This document shows, in pieces, positions 19,524 through 28,671 of a DNA stretch of 64,000 nt. Source of the DNA: an uncultured delta proteobacterium (GTDB lineage: Bacteria; Desulfobacterota; Syntrophia; Syntrophales; UBA2185); assembly GCA_963729715.1 (NCBI GenBank), contig CAVSPA010000007.1, positions 128,001 through 192,000 on the forward strand, given 5' to 3'. Under the pieces are notes generated by a model. It had not been told where the DNA came from. It saw nothing but the letters and a program-made list of their open reading frames with translations, and ran no database searches. Made by a program: the position numbers and the translations under genes. Numbering within the stretch: the first letter of the stretch is position 1; each line of letters begins with the position of its first letter.

Positions 19524-21203
19524 TCATGAAATAAATTCCTTGGGTCGATACTGCCCGAAAATCTCGCGCCACACGTCACAAACTTCGCCGACGGTAGCCC
19601 CGGCCTTTACTGCCTCAATAACGGTCGGCATCACGTTCGTATCCGTCTTGGAAACCTCTCGAAGCTTGTCCAGGGCTTTCTGCCAGGCGTCCTTGTTGCG
19701 CTTGGCTCGCCATTGCTTCAGTTCCGCAGCCTTTTCCTCGCCAACCTTCATGTCCACCCTGAGGAGGTCAGTTACAGGGGGCTCCTCCATGGTATACTTG
19801 TTGACCCCTACGTATGCCCGTTCTTTGGAGTCAATCTCCTTCTGGAAACGGTATGCGCTGTTCTGAATTTCCTTCTGGATGAATCCCTGCTCGATGGCAG
19901 TCAGGGTTCCACCCATGGCGTCTATCTTCTTGATGTAGTCGTTAATCTCCGCTTCGATCTTATCGGTCAGGTACTCGACGTAATAAGAACCGGCAAGCGG
20001 ATCAACAGTAACGCAGGCGCCGCTTTCCTCGGCGACAATCTGCTGTGTACGGAGAGCCACGGTCACTGCGCCCTGGGTGGGGAGACACAGTGCTTCGTCG
20101 TACGAATTGGTGTGAAGAGACTGGCATCCGCCGAGCACTGCGGCGAACGTCTGTAAGCCGACCCTGACGATGTTGTTGAGAGGCTGCTGCGCCGTGAGGG
20201 TAACGCCGCCGGTCTGCACATGATATCTCAACATCATGGAGCGGGGGTCCTTTGCCTTAAATCTATCTTTCATGATCTTGGCCCAGACGCGTCTTCCTGC
20301 CCTGAATTTGGCGACCTCTTCGAGGACATCGGTAAAGGAATTGAAGAAGAAGGAAAGACGTGGCGCAAAATCGTCCACCGCTATACCTCTTGCTGCACAG
20401 GCATCAGCGTATGCGATTCCATCGGCGATGGTAAAGGCCATTTCCTGGGCGGCAGTGGAGCCTGATTCACGGATATGGTACCCGCTGATGCTTATGCTGT
20501 TCCAGCGGGGAACTTGTTTCTGGCAGAACTCGATCAGATCAACGGTGAGACGCATGGTCGGCTTTGGGGGATAGATATACTGACCGCGGCAGATGATTTC
20601 CTTCAACACGTCGTTCTGTATGGTTCCACCCAGTTTGTCATACGTGACGCCTTGTTCTTCCGCAACGGACACGTACATGGCAAGCAGCACGGTGGCCGCG
20701 GCATTGACCGTCATGGACGTCGTGACCTTATCGAGAGGAATCTTGTCAAAAAGTATACGCATATCGCCAATATGGTCGATGGCTGCACCAACCTTTCCCA
20801 CCTCGCCCATGGACAGGGGATGATCGCTGTCATAACCCGCCTGCGTGGGAAGATGGAAGGCGACGCTCAGTCCGGTCTGCCCCTGACCCAAGAGGTAGCG
20901 GTAGCGGGCATTCGTTTCCTTGGCGCTGCCGAACCCAGCGTACTGGCGCATGGTCCAGAACCTGCCCCGATACATATTGGGCTGAACTCCCCGTGTATAT
21001 GGATATTCACCGGGATAGCCGAGGTCTCCATCGTAATTCAGTCCCGCAACTTCCGCCGGGGTGTAGACGCATTCGACAGGGATGCCGGACCAGGTGCTTA
21101 AAGCCTTCTTTTCAGGGGCTTTGCTCAAGGTCTTCGCCAGGGTCCCTTCCGACCATTTCTTCTTCCCGGCTTTGATCTTTTCCAAATCCTTCTCGTTAAA
21201 CAT
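19524..21203 (-). CDS. B12-dependent acyl-CoA mutase large subunit (methylmalonyl-CoA mutase family)
   Basis: YPYTRG, WTMRQYAGF, QNDVLKE, SISGYHIRE, QSLHTNSYDE, DPLAGSY. Confidence 0.92.
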   Translation of the reverse strand: MFNEKDLEKIKAGKKKWSEGTLAKTLSKAPEKKALSTWSGIPVECVYTPAEVAGLNYDGDLGYPGEYPYTRGVQPNMYRGRFWTMRQYAGFGSAKETNARYRYLLGQGQTGLSVAFHLPTQAGYDSDHPLSMGEVGKVGAAIDHIGDMRILFDKIPLDKVTTSMTVNAAATVLLAMYVSVAEEQGVTYDKLGGTIQNDVLKEIICRGQYIYPPKPTMRLTVDLIEFCQKQVPRWNSISISGYHIRESGSTAAQEMAFTIADGIAYADACAARGIAVDDFAPRLSFFFNSFTDVLEEVAKFRAGRRVWAKIMKDRFKAKDPRSMMLRYHVQTGGVTLTAQQPLNNIVRVGLQTFAAVLGGCQSLHTNSYDEALCLPTQGAVTVALRTQQIVAEESGACVTVDPLAGSYYVEYLTDKIEAEINDYIKKIDAMGGTLTAIEQGFIQKEIQNSAYRFQKEIDSKERAYVGVNKYTMEEPPVTDLLRVDMKVGEEKAAELKQWRAKRNKDAWQKALDKLREVSKTDTNVMPTVIEAVKAGATVGEVCDVWREIFGQYRPKEFIS

Positions 21204-21363
21204 AGTCTACCTCCTAAAGATGATATCAATAGGAAATCCTTGAATAAAAACCCATCCGCTAGATGTTAATACATAAAGTGTTTATAAATTGCTGTCATTT
21301 CGGCACTTACTGCCGTTATTCAAGGGTTTCAATATTGGTGGGCAAATTGGTTTTTCGCGTGCC

Positions 21364-21402
21364 TTCCTATCATTGAAAACGGTTTCTGTCAACCATTTTC
21401 TG
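21364..21402 (-). promoter_or_regulatory. Sigma70-type promoter with CAGAAAAT upstream element
   Basis: Minus strand CAGAAAATGG-TTGACA-17 nt-TAGGAA, with TG preceding the -10. Confidence 0.55.
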
Positions 21403-21446
21403 ATAGAAAGTTGCAGATTTATCCTTGTGGATTAGGTTAGAAAGGC

Positions 21447-21495
21447 AACATCGTAAAAAGTCCCGTTGGCAAAGATGGCAACTTTTTACGATGTT
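21447..21495. repeat. Perfect 15-bp inverted repeat (terminator or miniature element)
   Basis: AACATCGTAAAAAGT-19 nt-ACTTTTTACGATGTT just downstream of the ABM gene. Confidence 0.55.
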
Positions 21496-21522
21496 ATAAA
21501 TTGCGGGGCAGATGAAGACTGA

Positions 21523-21816
21523 TCAGTCCTCATAATCCTCGGTAAAAACACGCACCTTCCTCTCGGCGGTGATGAGGGGCTCAATCATATCCTCCACTGA
21601 CAAACGCTGTCTTGCATTTTGCCATAGTTTCCAAGCGTCCATGGTGGTCCATGTGCTGATGACGAGAAAGAGTGAAGGATCATCCGCTGCCCGGAGCGTC
21701 TCGCCGGTGATGTAGCCCAGCTGCCGCAGTGCCGCCATCCTCAATTCACGCAACACGTCCCGAAGCTGTTTTTCCTTACCGGGCTGGCATTTTCTTTCAA
21801 TCATTACTCTTATCAT
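21523..21816 (-). CDS. Antibiotic biosynthesis monooxygenase (ABM) domain protein
   Basis: GYITGETL...FLVISTW...AWKLW dimeric alpha-beta barrel pattern. RBS GGAGG. Confidence 0.8.
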   Translation of the reverse strand: MIRVMIERKCQPGKEKQLRDVLRELRMAALRQLGYITGETLRAADDPSLFLVISTWTTMDAWKLWQNARQRLSVEDMIEPLITAERKVRVFTEDYED

Positions 21817-22040
21817 GTTGCACCTCCCATTTGATGTAATCTCTTTTTCTTGCAGTCAATTCAAAGCTAAATACGAACAGATACTTTCCGCACCATTATA
21901 TAAAATGATGAGATAATTTAATGGATTAGTCAAGACAAATATGGACAGGATATCTTAAGAAAAATACATGAAAAATTATGATGGACTGTGAATATCTGGG
22001 GTGGGGTTTGCCGAATGTGCTCCTGGTCAGGAAGTGTGAC

Positions 22041-22760
22041 CTAGAGGGTACTTGTAATCGTCATCTTTCGAGCTAACTTGTGTCTAACCCAAAGTCTTCC
22101 GGCAGCTACAACCCCTATGGTAAAGAATGCCTCCACACAGTACGTAAAAACGTTCGAGGGTTTCAACAATTCAATGACAAAGGGATCGGTCACCATCATC
22201 TCGCCTCCCACCTGCCCCAGAACCGCAGCGCCGATATATATGATTAGCGAATATTTATCCATGAGCAGGACAAGCAGGGTACTAGCAAACATTACGATCG
22301 GGATACTAAGGCCCAGACCGAATATAAGAAGAAAAAAATTGCCTTTGGAAGCCGCGGCAACAGCCAGAACATTATCAAGGGACATAGTGACATCGGCAAC
22401 GATGATGATCCAGATAGCATGCCATAGAGTCTTTGCTTCTTTCTGAAATTTGTCTTCCGGAACCCCTTCGATGAGAAGTTTTATGGCAATCCAGATTATG
22501 ACGCCACCGCCTATAAGCTTGACATATTGAATCTGCAGAAGCATGGCCGCAAAGAAAGTCAGAACCACTCGGAGAACGATCGCCGCTCCGACCCCGAAGG
22601 CAATTCCTTTCATCCGTTGCTTCCCCGGCAGTGACTTCACTGCCATGGCTATGACAAAGGCATTGTCGCCCGAAAGAACGAGATTTACTAATATGATACT
22701 GAGAAATCCGATGAGAAAATCCCAGGTAAAATGAATCTGCCCAAGTACCCCTAAATCCAT
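22041..22760 (-). CDS. TerC family membrane protein (YjbE-like)
   Basis: LSGDNAFVIAMA and ADVTMSLDNVLAVA. Confidence 0.9.
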   Translation of the reverse strand: MDLGVLGQIHFTWDFLIGFLSIILVNLVLSGDNAFVIAMAVKSLPGKQRMKGIAFGVGAAIVLRVVLTFFAAMLLQIQYVKLIGGGVIIWIAIKLLIEGVPEDKFQKEAKTLWHAIWIIIVADVTMSLDNVLAVAAASKGNFFLLIFGLGLSIPIVMFASTLLVLLMDKYSLIIYIGAAVLGQVGGEMMVTDPFVIELLKPSNVFTYCVEAFFTIGVVAAGRLWVRHKLARKMTITSTL

Positions 22761-22786
22761 ACCATTCCCTTCACGATGTCATGTAT

Positions 22787-22837
22787 TTGAAGCTCTCCCC
22801 AACAAGCTATGGGGAATGTGCTCGCTACCGAATTCAG
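22787..22837 (+). repeat. Short (51 bp) copy of the TTGAA miniature element
   Basis: TTGAAGCTCTCCCCAACAAGCTATGGGGAATGTGCTCGCTACCGAATTCAG. Confidence 0.65.
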
Positions 22838-22934
22838 ATTGCCACAGTTTCCTTGGGAAGCCTGTTCCCCCGTAAGCTGGGAGCGCCGATACTCGGCGCC
22901 CGCGGTGGAAATTTTCCCACCCCCCTGCGAACGT

Positions 22935-22966
22935 AAAAAGGCGCCCCGGTTTACCCGGGGCGCCTT
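22935..22966 (-). terminator. Intrinsic terminator
   Basis: AAGGCGCCCCGG...CCGGGGCGCCTT stem followed by a T-run on the minus strand. Confidence 0.75.
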
Positions 22967-23005
22967 AACCATTACATTACAGTTCCCAAAATCACAACTC
23001 GGAAA

Positions 23006-23131
23006 CTAACAAACCTTCTTCTCGGGCACCTTCGTCATGACGATAATCGCGCATGCAATGGCACAGACAACGGCGCCGCAGATAAACGGAATGTAGTACG
23101 TACCAGTCGAATCCTTCAACCAGCCGCCCAC
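23006..23131 (-). pseudogene. Last TM helix of an MFS transporter (remnant)
   Basis: [41 protein letters not shown] matches the MFS loop GxxxDxxGxY plus TM12. Confidence 0.6.
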
Positions 23132-23164
23132 CCTAAGCCATTTGTATTGTTCCACCAATCCGAC

Positions 23165-23752
23165 TTATGCCTTCTTCTTGACCAAGGGGCCGCCCACGGG
23201 CCACACATTTTTTCCGTACAACTGCAGAAAGATCACATGGCCCATCATGTACAATGCGAGCAGGGCGCAAATAACCAGATCGACAGCGGTGATGAACAAT
23301 ACCTCCTTCATGCCGGCCAGAAATACCAGATCAAGGCCGATAAATCCAAGCAACAGTGTCAGGAATGTCAAAAACATTGCCATGTGGATCGCGAACGAAC
23401 CGATAAAAAAGATCACTGTTATAACCGTAAAAACAAACAGAAAACATCCGACATCCGTCCCTGTAATCTTAAGAGGAGCTCCGATCGACGTGCCGGGTAC
23501 GCCCTGCAAATCCATGATCAGAAGGATACATGAGAAAGCGATCCAGAATGCGCCATATGTTGCAAATGCACTATACCCGAAGTTATTTCCTGTCTTGAAC
23601 TCCTGGAGCCCCGCGATCAACTGGGTAGTGCCACCAAAAAATAAAGCGCAGCAAAAGATAACCCCGCTTCCACACAAGCCAAGGTTATGTAGCTGGAGCA
23701 ATAACGTGGTTACACCGAAACCTGCCAAACCAACAACGGCGGGATTTGCCAT
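23165..23752 (-). CDS. satP: Acetate uptake channel SatP (GPR1/FUN34/YaaH family)
   Basis: ANPAVVGLAGFG and SAFATYGAFW signatures. Confidence 0.88.
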   Translation of the reverse strand: MANPAVVGLAGFGVTTLLLQLHNLGLCGSGVIFCCALFFGGTTQLIAGLQEFKTGNNFGYSAFATYGAFWIAFSCILLIMDLQGVPGTSIGAPLKITGTDVGCFLFVFTVITVIFFIGSFAIHMAMFLTFLTLLLGFIGLDLVFLAGMKEVLFITAVDLVICALLALYMMGHVIFLQLYGKNVWPVGGPLVKKKA

Positions 23753-24033
23753 AATGAACCTCCTTTTTTAGTTTTAGTAATAAATAATGAATATGACTCT
23801 TTCTCTTCCCGTTCACCACAAAACACCTCAGTTATCCCTGTCTTTACTTCCCCCCTTTCAACAATTAAATAAAGTAAACAATAATGACTCCCGATCAATA
23901 GCCATTGCCAACGACGTGATATTTTTCCCGGTTATTACACCATTGCGCAATGACTTCTTTCGCCGTTTATAAAAAATGCCTTACTTTAAATGTCCCTTCC
24001 TACCCTCCTTTCTTTACGGATTTTAAAAATAAA

Positions 24034-24570
24034 TTATTTCTTGATAGCCCTCTTTAAGAAGTAGCCTTCCGCGTCAATTACATCCCGGAGCAGATGCATA
24101 TCCTCTTCTGTCGGTTCTGCCATTTCCGGCACTTTGGGAGGAATGATCAATTCAAATTCTATCATATCCTGAATCTGCTGCAGTCTAAAACCGGGTCTGA
24201 CTTCCAAGAGCTTCATTCTCTTGGTCTTCTCGTCGAAGCCGAACAGAGCCTGCTGCGTGGTTACCCTGTAAGGGCCGGAAACCATAACACCCGCTTTCTC
24301 CCTATAGTCTAAAGAACCATCTCCGTATCCGACACTCGTAATAAAATCTAGCTGTTTGGCAAACCTTCTCTTCTCTAGGACCATGATGGCTATGGTTTTC
24401 CCGCAGTTAGCAGCCATAGCTCCGGCGCCGCCGCTCCCTGGGAAGCGGATGTCGGGCTTGTTGTAGTAACTTCCTTCGATGGTGGAACTGATATTGCCAT
24501 ACATGTCAATCTGCGCGCCTCCGATGAAGGCATAGTCTGCATATCCTCTTGAGTTTGCCTCCGGTTTCAA
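24034..24570 (-). pseudogene. 5'-truncated CoA-transferase beta subunit (GctB/CatJ-like)
   Basis: AFIGGAQIDMYGNI and FPGSGGA motifs. Lacks the N-terminal ~90 aa, including the catalytic Glu, present in the intact paralog at 53111-53878. Confidence 0.75.
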
Positions 24571-24853
24571 TTCTTTTTCCGCAACTCGTGCTTTCTGTTG
24601 CTTTCCCTGGTCGAGATGTCTTGAATTTTGTGTTCCGTGCCGGAAACACCGACCATAATTTATTTAGCTTTAACCTCCCATAGGGACCAAATATTTTTTA
24701 CAAGCAAGCGATAGACATGTACGGTGATTTTTTTCTTTTTGAGTTGTGATTGCAACATCGTCATAAAAAAGTTCGTAACTTGATTTAGATTGTGCAATAG
24801 AGATATTGGCAACTGATATTGTCAATAGTGGTGGATTACGTTAAAGTGACGCG

Positions 24854-24892
24854 GTTTTACCATTTCAAGAGACCGATGTCAATTATTTTCTG
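24854..24892 (-). promoter_or_regulatory. Sigma70-type promoter with CAGAAAAT upstream element
   Basis: Minus strand CAGAAAATAA-TTGACA-17 nt-TAAAAC, TG-extended. Confidence 0.55.
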
Positions 24893-25090
24893 GCATTGGT
24901 CTTGAACTTCTCCGATATGCCGGAAGGTCATGCAAGGCATATGCTGCATAGCATGCGGTGCAGTAACTCTGTATCTTTTCCATGTGCCTGCGGGCTTTAC
25001 TTTTCCAAAGCCAACAAATTTATCATTGTAATAAGCGCAAAAACCGATTAAGTAAAAAAGAGGTCACTTTAGAGAGGTTTTATTCGGCGG

Positions 25091-25525
25091 ATGGATGATG
25101 AAAATAAAATTCTGGAAGATATGCAAGCCATCCTGCGCGAAAAGGCCAGGGAGATTTATCCAGAAAAAGTATTTGATTACGGAACGAATCCTGAAAATTA
25201 TGGTGCCATAGACAGTCCTGACGGCTATGCGGAAAAGTCCGACGAATGCGGCAGGGACATAAAAATGTTTCTTCGCGTGCGACACGGGAAAGTCGAGGAG
25301 TCAAGGTTCACTGCCGAAGGGTGCATATTTACCGTTGCCGCCTGCAATGCGGCGGCAGAGATGTCGAGAGGAAGAACAATCCGTGAATGTCTCAAGATCA
25401 ACAGGAGCTCGATCTCCGAGCATCTGGGAGGTCTGCCTCACGACCATAGCCACTGTGCCCTGCTGGCGGCCCTTCTTTTCCAAAAGGCACTGAGAAGCTA
25501 TATGGAAAAGAACAATAAACTATAG
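25091..25525 (+). CDS. NifU/IscU N-terminal-like Fe-S scaffold protein
   Basis: NPENYG, ECGRDI, EGC and LGGLP...HCA (three Cys ligands). Confidence 0.8.
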   Translation: MDDENKILEDMQAILREKAREIYPEKVFDYGTNPENYGAIDSPDGYAEKSDECGRDIKMFLRVRHGKVEESRFTAEGCIFTVAACNAAAEMSRGRTIRECLKINRSSISEHLGGLPHDHSHCALLAALLFQKALRSYMEKNNKL

Positions 25526-25641
25526 ATGTTCCAATCAATAAACAATTTGATGCAGATTAAGACAATATGGCAGTGCCGAGTTCCTTTATGTCCGGGCGCC
25601 GCGCATGATATATAATCAAAAAATGAATGGAGTGATAATCT

Positions 25642-26610
25642 TTGGATAAAGCAACTATTCCCGATCATGTATATGATATAGTGATCATTGGCGGAGGGCC
25701 GGCCGGTTTGACGGCAGGCATTTATGCAACGAGGGCCAGCCTCAGGACTCTGCTGATAGAAGGCGCCTCTTCCGTAAGCCAGATTATCGTTACGGATATA
25801 ATAGAGAACTATCCGGGTATGCCCGAAGGTATCGGCGGCTTTGAACTTGTTGAACGATTTAAGAAACAGGCTCTCCAATTCGGCATGGAGATGACATCAG
25901 AGGACGTCATCGGCATCGCAAAGACCCGCTGGGGCGATACGGAAGGGTGGAAGGTAACATCAGCGGGGAAAGACTATGAGGCGCTTGCCGTTATTGTAGC
26001 AACGGGGGCGTACTGGCGCAAACTGGGAGTCAGGGGGGAAGACGTTTTTATAGGCAAGGGAGTCTCGTACTGTGCAACCTGCGACGGTCCCATTTACAGG
26101 AACAGGGATGTTGTGGTCGTAGGAGGCGGAGATGCTGCCGTTAAGGAAGCTATCTTTCTCACCAAATTCGCCAGGAAGGTCACGATCGTTCATCGCCGCA
26201 ACCGACTGCGGGCGGTAAAGGTCCTTGAGAAGAGGGCCCTTGCCAACAGCAAAATTGAATTCGCCTGGAATTCAGTGGTTGAGGAAATATCGGGAGGAAA
26301 CGTAGTTGAGAAAGTGAAAATCAGAGACGTTAAGTCACCAGATATCGGAAGAGAGATATCCGCCCAGGGGGTGTTTATATTTATCGGCCTGACTCCAAAA
26401 ACGGATATGGTTCGCGGCATCGTGGATCTCGACGATGGCGGATATATTATTGTGGATGCAGATATGCAGACTTCGACAACGGGTATATTTGCCGCAGGTG
26501 ACTGTATAAGAAAAGGTCTTCGCCAGATAATTACAGCATGTGGAGATGGGGCAACTGCGGCAGCTTCCGCTCAGCACTATGTAGAGGAGTTGAAAGGTGA
26601 ATCTTATTAG
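25642..26610 (+). CDS. trxB: Thioredoxin-disulfide reductase
   Basis: GGGPAG, GVSYCATCDG, VVGGGD, IFAAGD. Confidence 0.93.
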   Translation: MDKATIPDHVYDIVIIGGGPAGLTAGIYATRASLRTLLIEGASSVSQIIVTDIIENYPGMPEGIGGFELVERFKKQALQFGMEMTSEDVIGIAKTRWGDTEGWKVTSAGKDYEALAVIVATGAYWRKLGVRGEDVFIGKGVSYCATCDGPIYRNRDVVVVGGGDAAVKEAIFLTKFARKVTIVHRRNRLRAVKVLEKRALANSKIEFAWNSVVEEISGGNVVEKVKIRDVKSPDIGREISAQGVFIFIGLTPKTDMVRGIVDLDDGGYIIVDADMQTSTTGIFAAGDCIRKGLRQIITACGDGATAAASAQHYVEELKGESY

Positions 26611-27448
26611 CTGGCAGCATCTTCCCGAGCACATGAGTCCGATTATCTTTGAGATCGGTTCCTTTCAGATTCGCTATTACAGTCTCATGTATCTTATCGC
26701 ATTTTTCTTGACCTATATCCTCGTCTCTTACCGGATAAAACATGAGGATTATAAGTATTCGGCAGAGACAATTCAGGACTTCTTCATCTGGGCCATCACG
26801 GGACTCATAGTCGGCGCAAGGTTCGGTTATGTCCTCTTTTACAATCTTGCCCATTACGTAAAACATCCCCTTGAGATTATCCTCCCTTTCGATTTCTCCC
26901 ACGGCATGCAGTACGTTGGTATCAGCGGCATGTCCTACCACGGGGGCGCGATCGGCGTCCTCATAGCGTCGGTTATTTTTTGCCGTAAACATAAGATAGA
27001 CTTCTGGCGGTTTGCCGAGTTATTCTGCCCTGCCATCCCTCTCGGATATACCTTTGGCAGAATCGGTAATTTCATCAATGGCGAGCTTTACGGCAGGATT
27101 ACCACGATGCCGTGGGGCATGTATTTTCCGCTGGATTTGACCCACCAGCTGCGTCACCCTTCCCAGCTCTACGAGGCTCTTTTTGAGGGGGTCTTTCTCT
27201 TCATCGTCCTCTGGAGCGTCAGAAAGAAAAGTCCCTTTGACGGCTTCATCTTTGCCCTGTATATTTTCGGGTACGGGTTGGTTCGCTTTATCATCGAGTT
27301 TTTCCGCGAGCCGGATTCGCAACTGGGTCTCTTCGGAGGAATCCTGAGCATGGGACAGATGCTCTGTATCCTGATGATGCTTGCCGGCGTTTGTATCTAT
27401 TTTCTCGCCCGGAAACGAAAGACAGGGGCACGTTTAAGACCGGCGTAA
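26597..27448 (+). CDS. lgt: Prolipoprotein diacylglyceryl transferase
   Basis: GARFGYVLFY, GMSYHGG, GRIGNFINGELYGR, HPSQLYE, RFIIEFFREPD. Confidence 0.95.
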   Translation: MNLISWQHLPEHMSPIIFEIGSFQIRYYSLMYLIAFFLTYILVSYRIKHEDYKYSAETIQDFFIWAITGLIVGARFGYVLFYNLAHYVKHPLEIILPFDFSHGMQYVGISGMSYHGGAIGVLIASVIFCRKHKIDFWRFAELFCPAIPLGYTFGRIGNFINGELYGRITTMPWGMYFPLDLTHQLRHPSQLYEALFEGVFLFIVLWSVRKKSPFDGFIFALYIFGYGLVRFIIEFFREPDSQLGLFGGILSMGQMLCILMMLAGVCIYFLARKRKTGARLRPA

Positions 27449-27478
27449 ACAGGATAACTGTCTACGGAGCTCCAGCTT

Positions 27479-28270
27479 ATGGCACATGAAATTACTCTGC
27501 GCAGTCCCCTTAGTTCACAATTAAAATTATGGAACAAGCTATACCAGGCCAAGTATCGCCATAAGGAAGGACTCTTTCTCGCTGAAGGCTATAAAGTCGT
27601 CCAGGGATTGCTCAACAGCAAATGGAAAACCGGCGCAATTCTGGTGATGAAGAGAAAAAGCCCCGATTGGCACGCTTTTCTTTCCACCATTCCGCAAGGA
27701 ATCGACGTCTATGGACTGTCGGAAAGGGAATGGGATGCACTAAGTCAGGATAAAGAGCCGGAGGGTGTCATGGCAGTCGCAGCCATGCCTGCGCACGCTG
27801 ACATCAACACAGTGCTGGCGCACAGTTCGGGTCATATTCTCCTGCTGTATCAAATAGGCAATCCCAACAATCTCGGCGCTGTGGTACGAGCCGCACACTG
27901 GTTCGGTATAGAAACAATAATACTCAGCACCGGCTCAGCAGATTTCACAAATCCCAAGGTCGTGCGATCCGCCATGGGAACTCTTTTCCATATGCGCATG
28001 ATACAGGATGTCAATTTTTCTGAAACCCTGCCGGTAATAAAAGAACATTTTTTTCTCGTAGGCTCTCATATAAGAAAGGGTGTAGCACCGCACGCGTGCA
28101 AACAAAGAACGGCCCTCCTCTTGGGCAGCGAAAGTCATGGATTGCCGGAAGCCTTGCTTCCTTTGGCTGATGAGCTGTGGCATATCCCTGGTCTCGGAAT
28201 AGCGGATTCCCTGAGCCTGCCTCAGGCAGCGGCAATCATGATGTATGAATGCGCCAAACAGAATGCATGA
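27479..28270 (+). CDS. TrmH/SpoU family RNA methyltransferase
   Basis: NPNNLGAVVRAA, KVVRSAMG, LGSESHGL. Confidence 0.9.
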   Translation: MAHEITLRSPLSSQLKLWNKLYQAKYRHKEGLFLAEGYKVVQGLLNSKWKTGAILVMKRKSPDWHAFLSTIPQGIDVYGLSEREWDALSQDKEPEGVMAVAAMPAHADINTVLAHSSGHILLLYQIGNPNNLGAVVRAAHWFGIETIILSTGSADFTNPKVVRSAMGTLFHMRMIQDVNFSETLPVIKEHFFLVGSHIRKGVAPHACKQRTALLLGSESHGLPEALLPLADELWHIPGLGIADSLSLPQAAAIMMYECAKQNA

Positions 28271-28611
28271 TGCAGGAATCAAAGGCGGATGAAATGGAAT
28301 CCTACATTCAAGTGGTGACAACAACAGAAAAAAAAGAAGACGCAGAGAAAATTGCCGCGTGCCTCGTTGAGAAGAGGCTTGCGGCCTGCGTGCAGATAGC
28401 AGGGCCCATAAGCAGTCTCTACCGCTGGAAGGGGAAGATCGAAAGAGCCCAAGAGTGGCAATGCTGGATAAAAAGCAAAGAGGTTCTTTACAAAGAAATT
28501 GAGAAAGCCATCAAATCTGTTCATCCTTACGAAGTACCGGAAATCATCGCTATGCCGATTGTTGCAGGGAGTCGTGACTATCTGGCATGGCTTGAAAGCG
28601 AAGTCACCTGA
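28267..28611 (+). CDS. cutA: Divalent-cation tolerance protein CutA
   Basis: RLAACVQ, SLYRWKG, HPYEVPEII. Confidence 0.92.
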   Translation: MMQESKADEMESYIQVVTTTEKKEDAEKIAACLVEKRLAACVQIAGPISSLYRWKGKIERAQEWQCWIKSKEVLYKEIEKAIKSVHPYEVPEIIAMPIVAGSRDYLAWLESEVT

Positions 28612-28671
28612 ATAACAAAAGGGAAACGGCTGGTGTATGAAACCGTTTTAAAAAATATGTGTGATAAATAA

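Noticed and set aside
22761..22935. Possible yybP-ykoY (Mn) riboswitch upstream of the TerC gene
   Set aside because: Consensus not recognised. The hairpins present are explained by the miniature element and a terminator.
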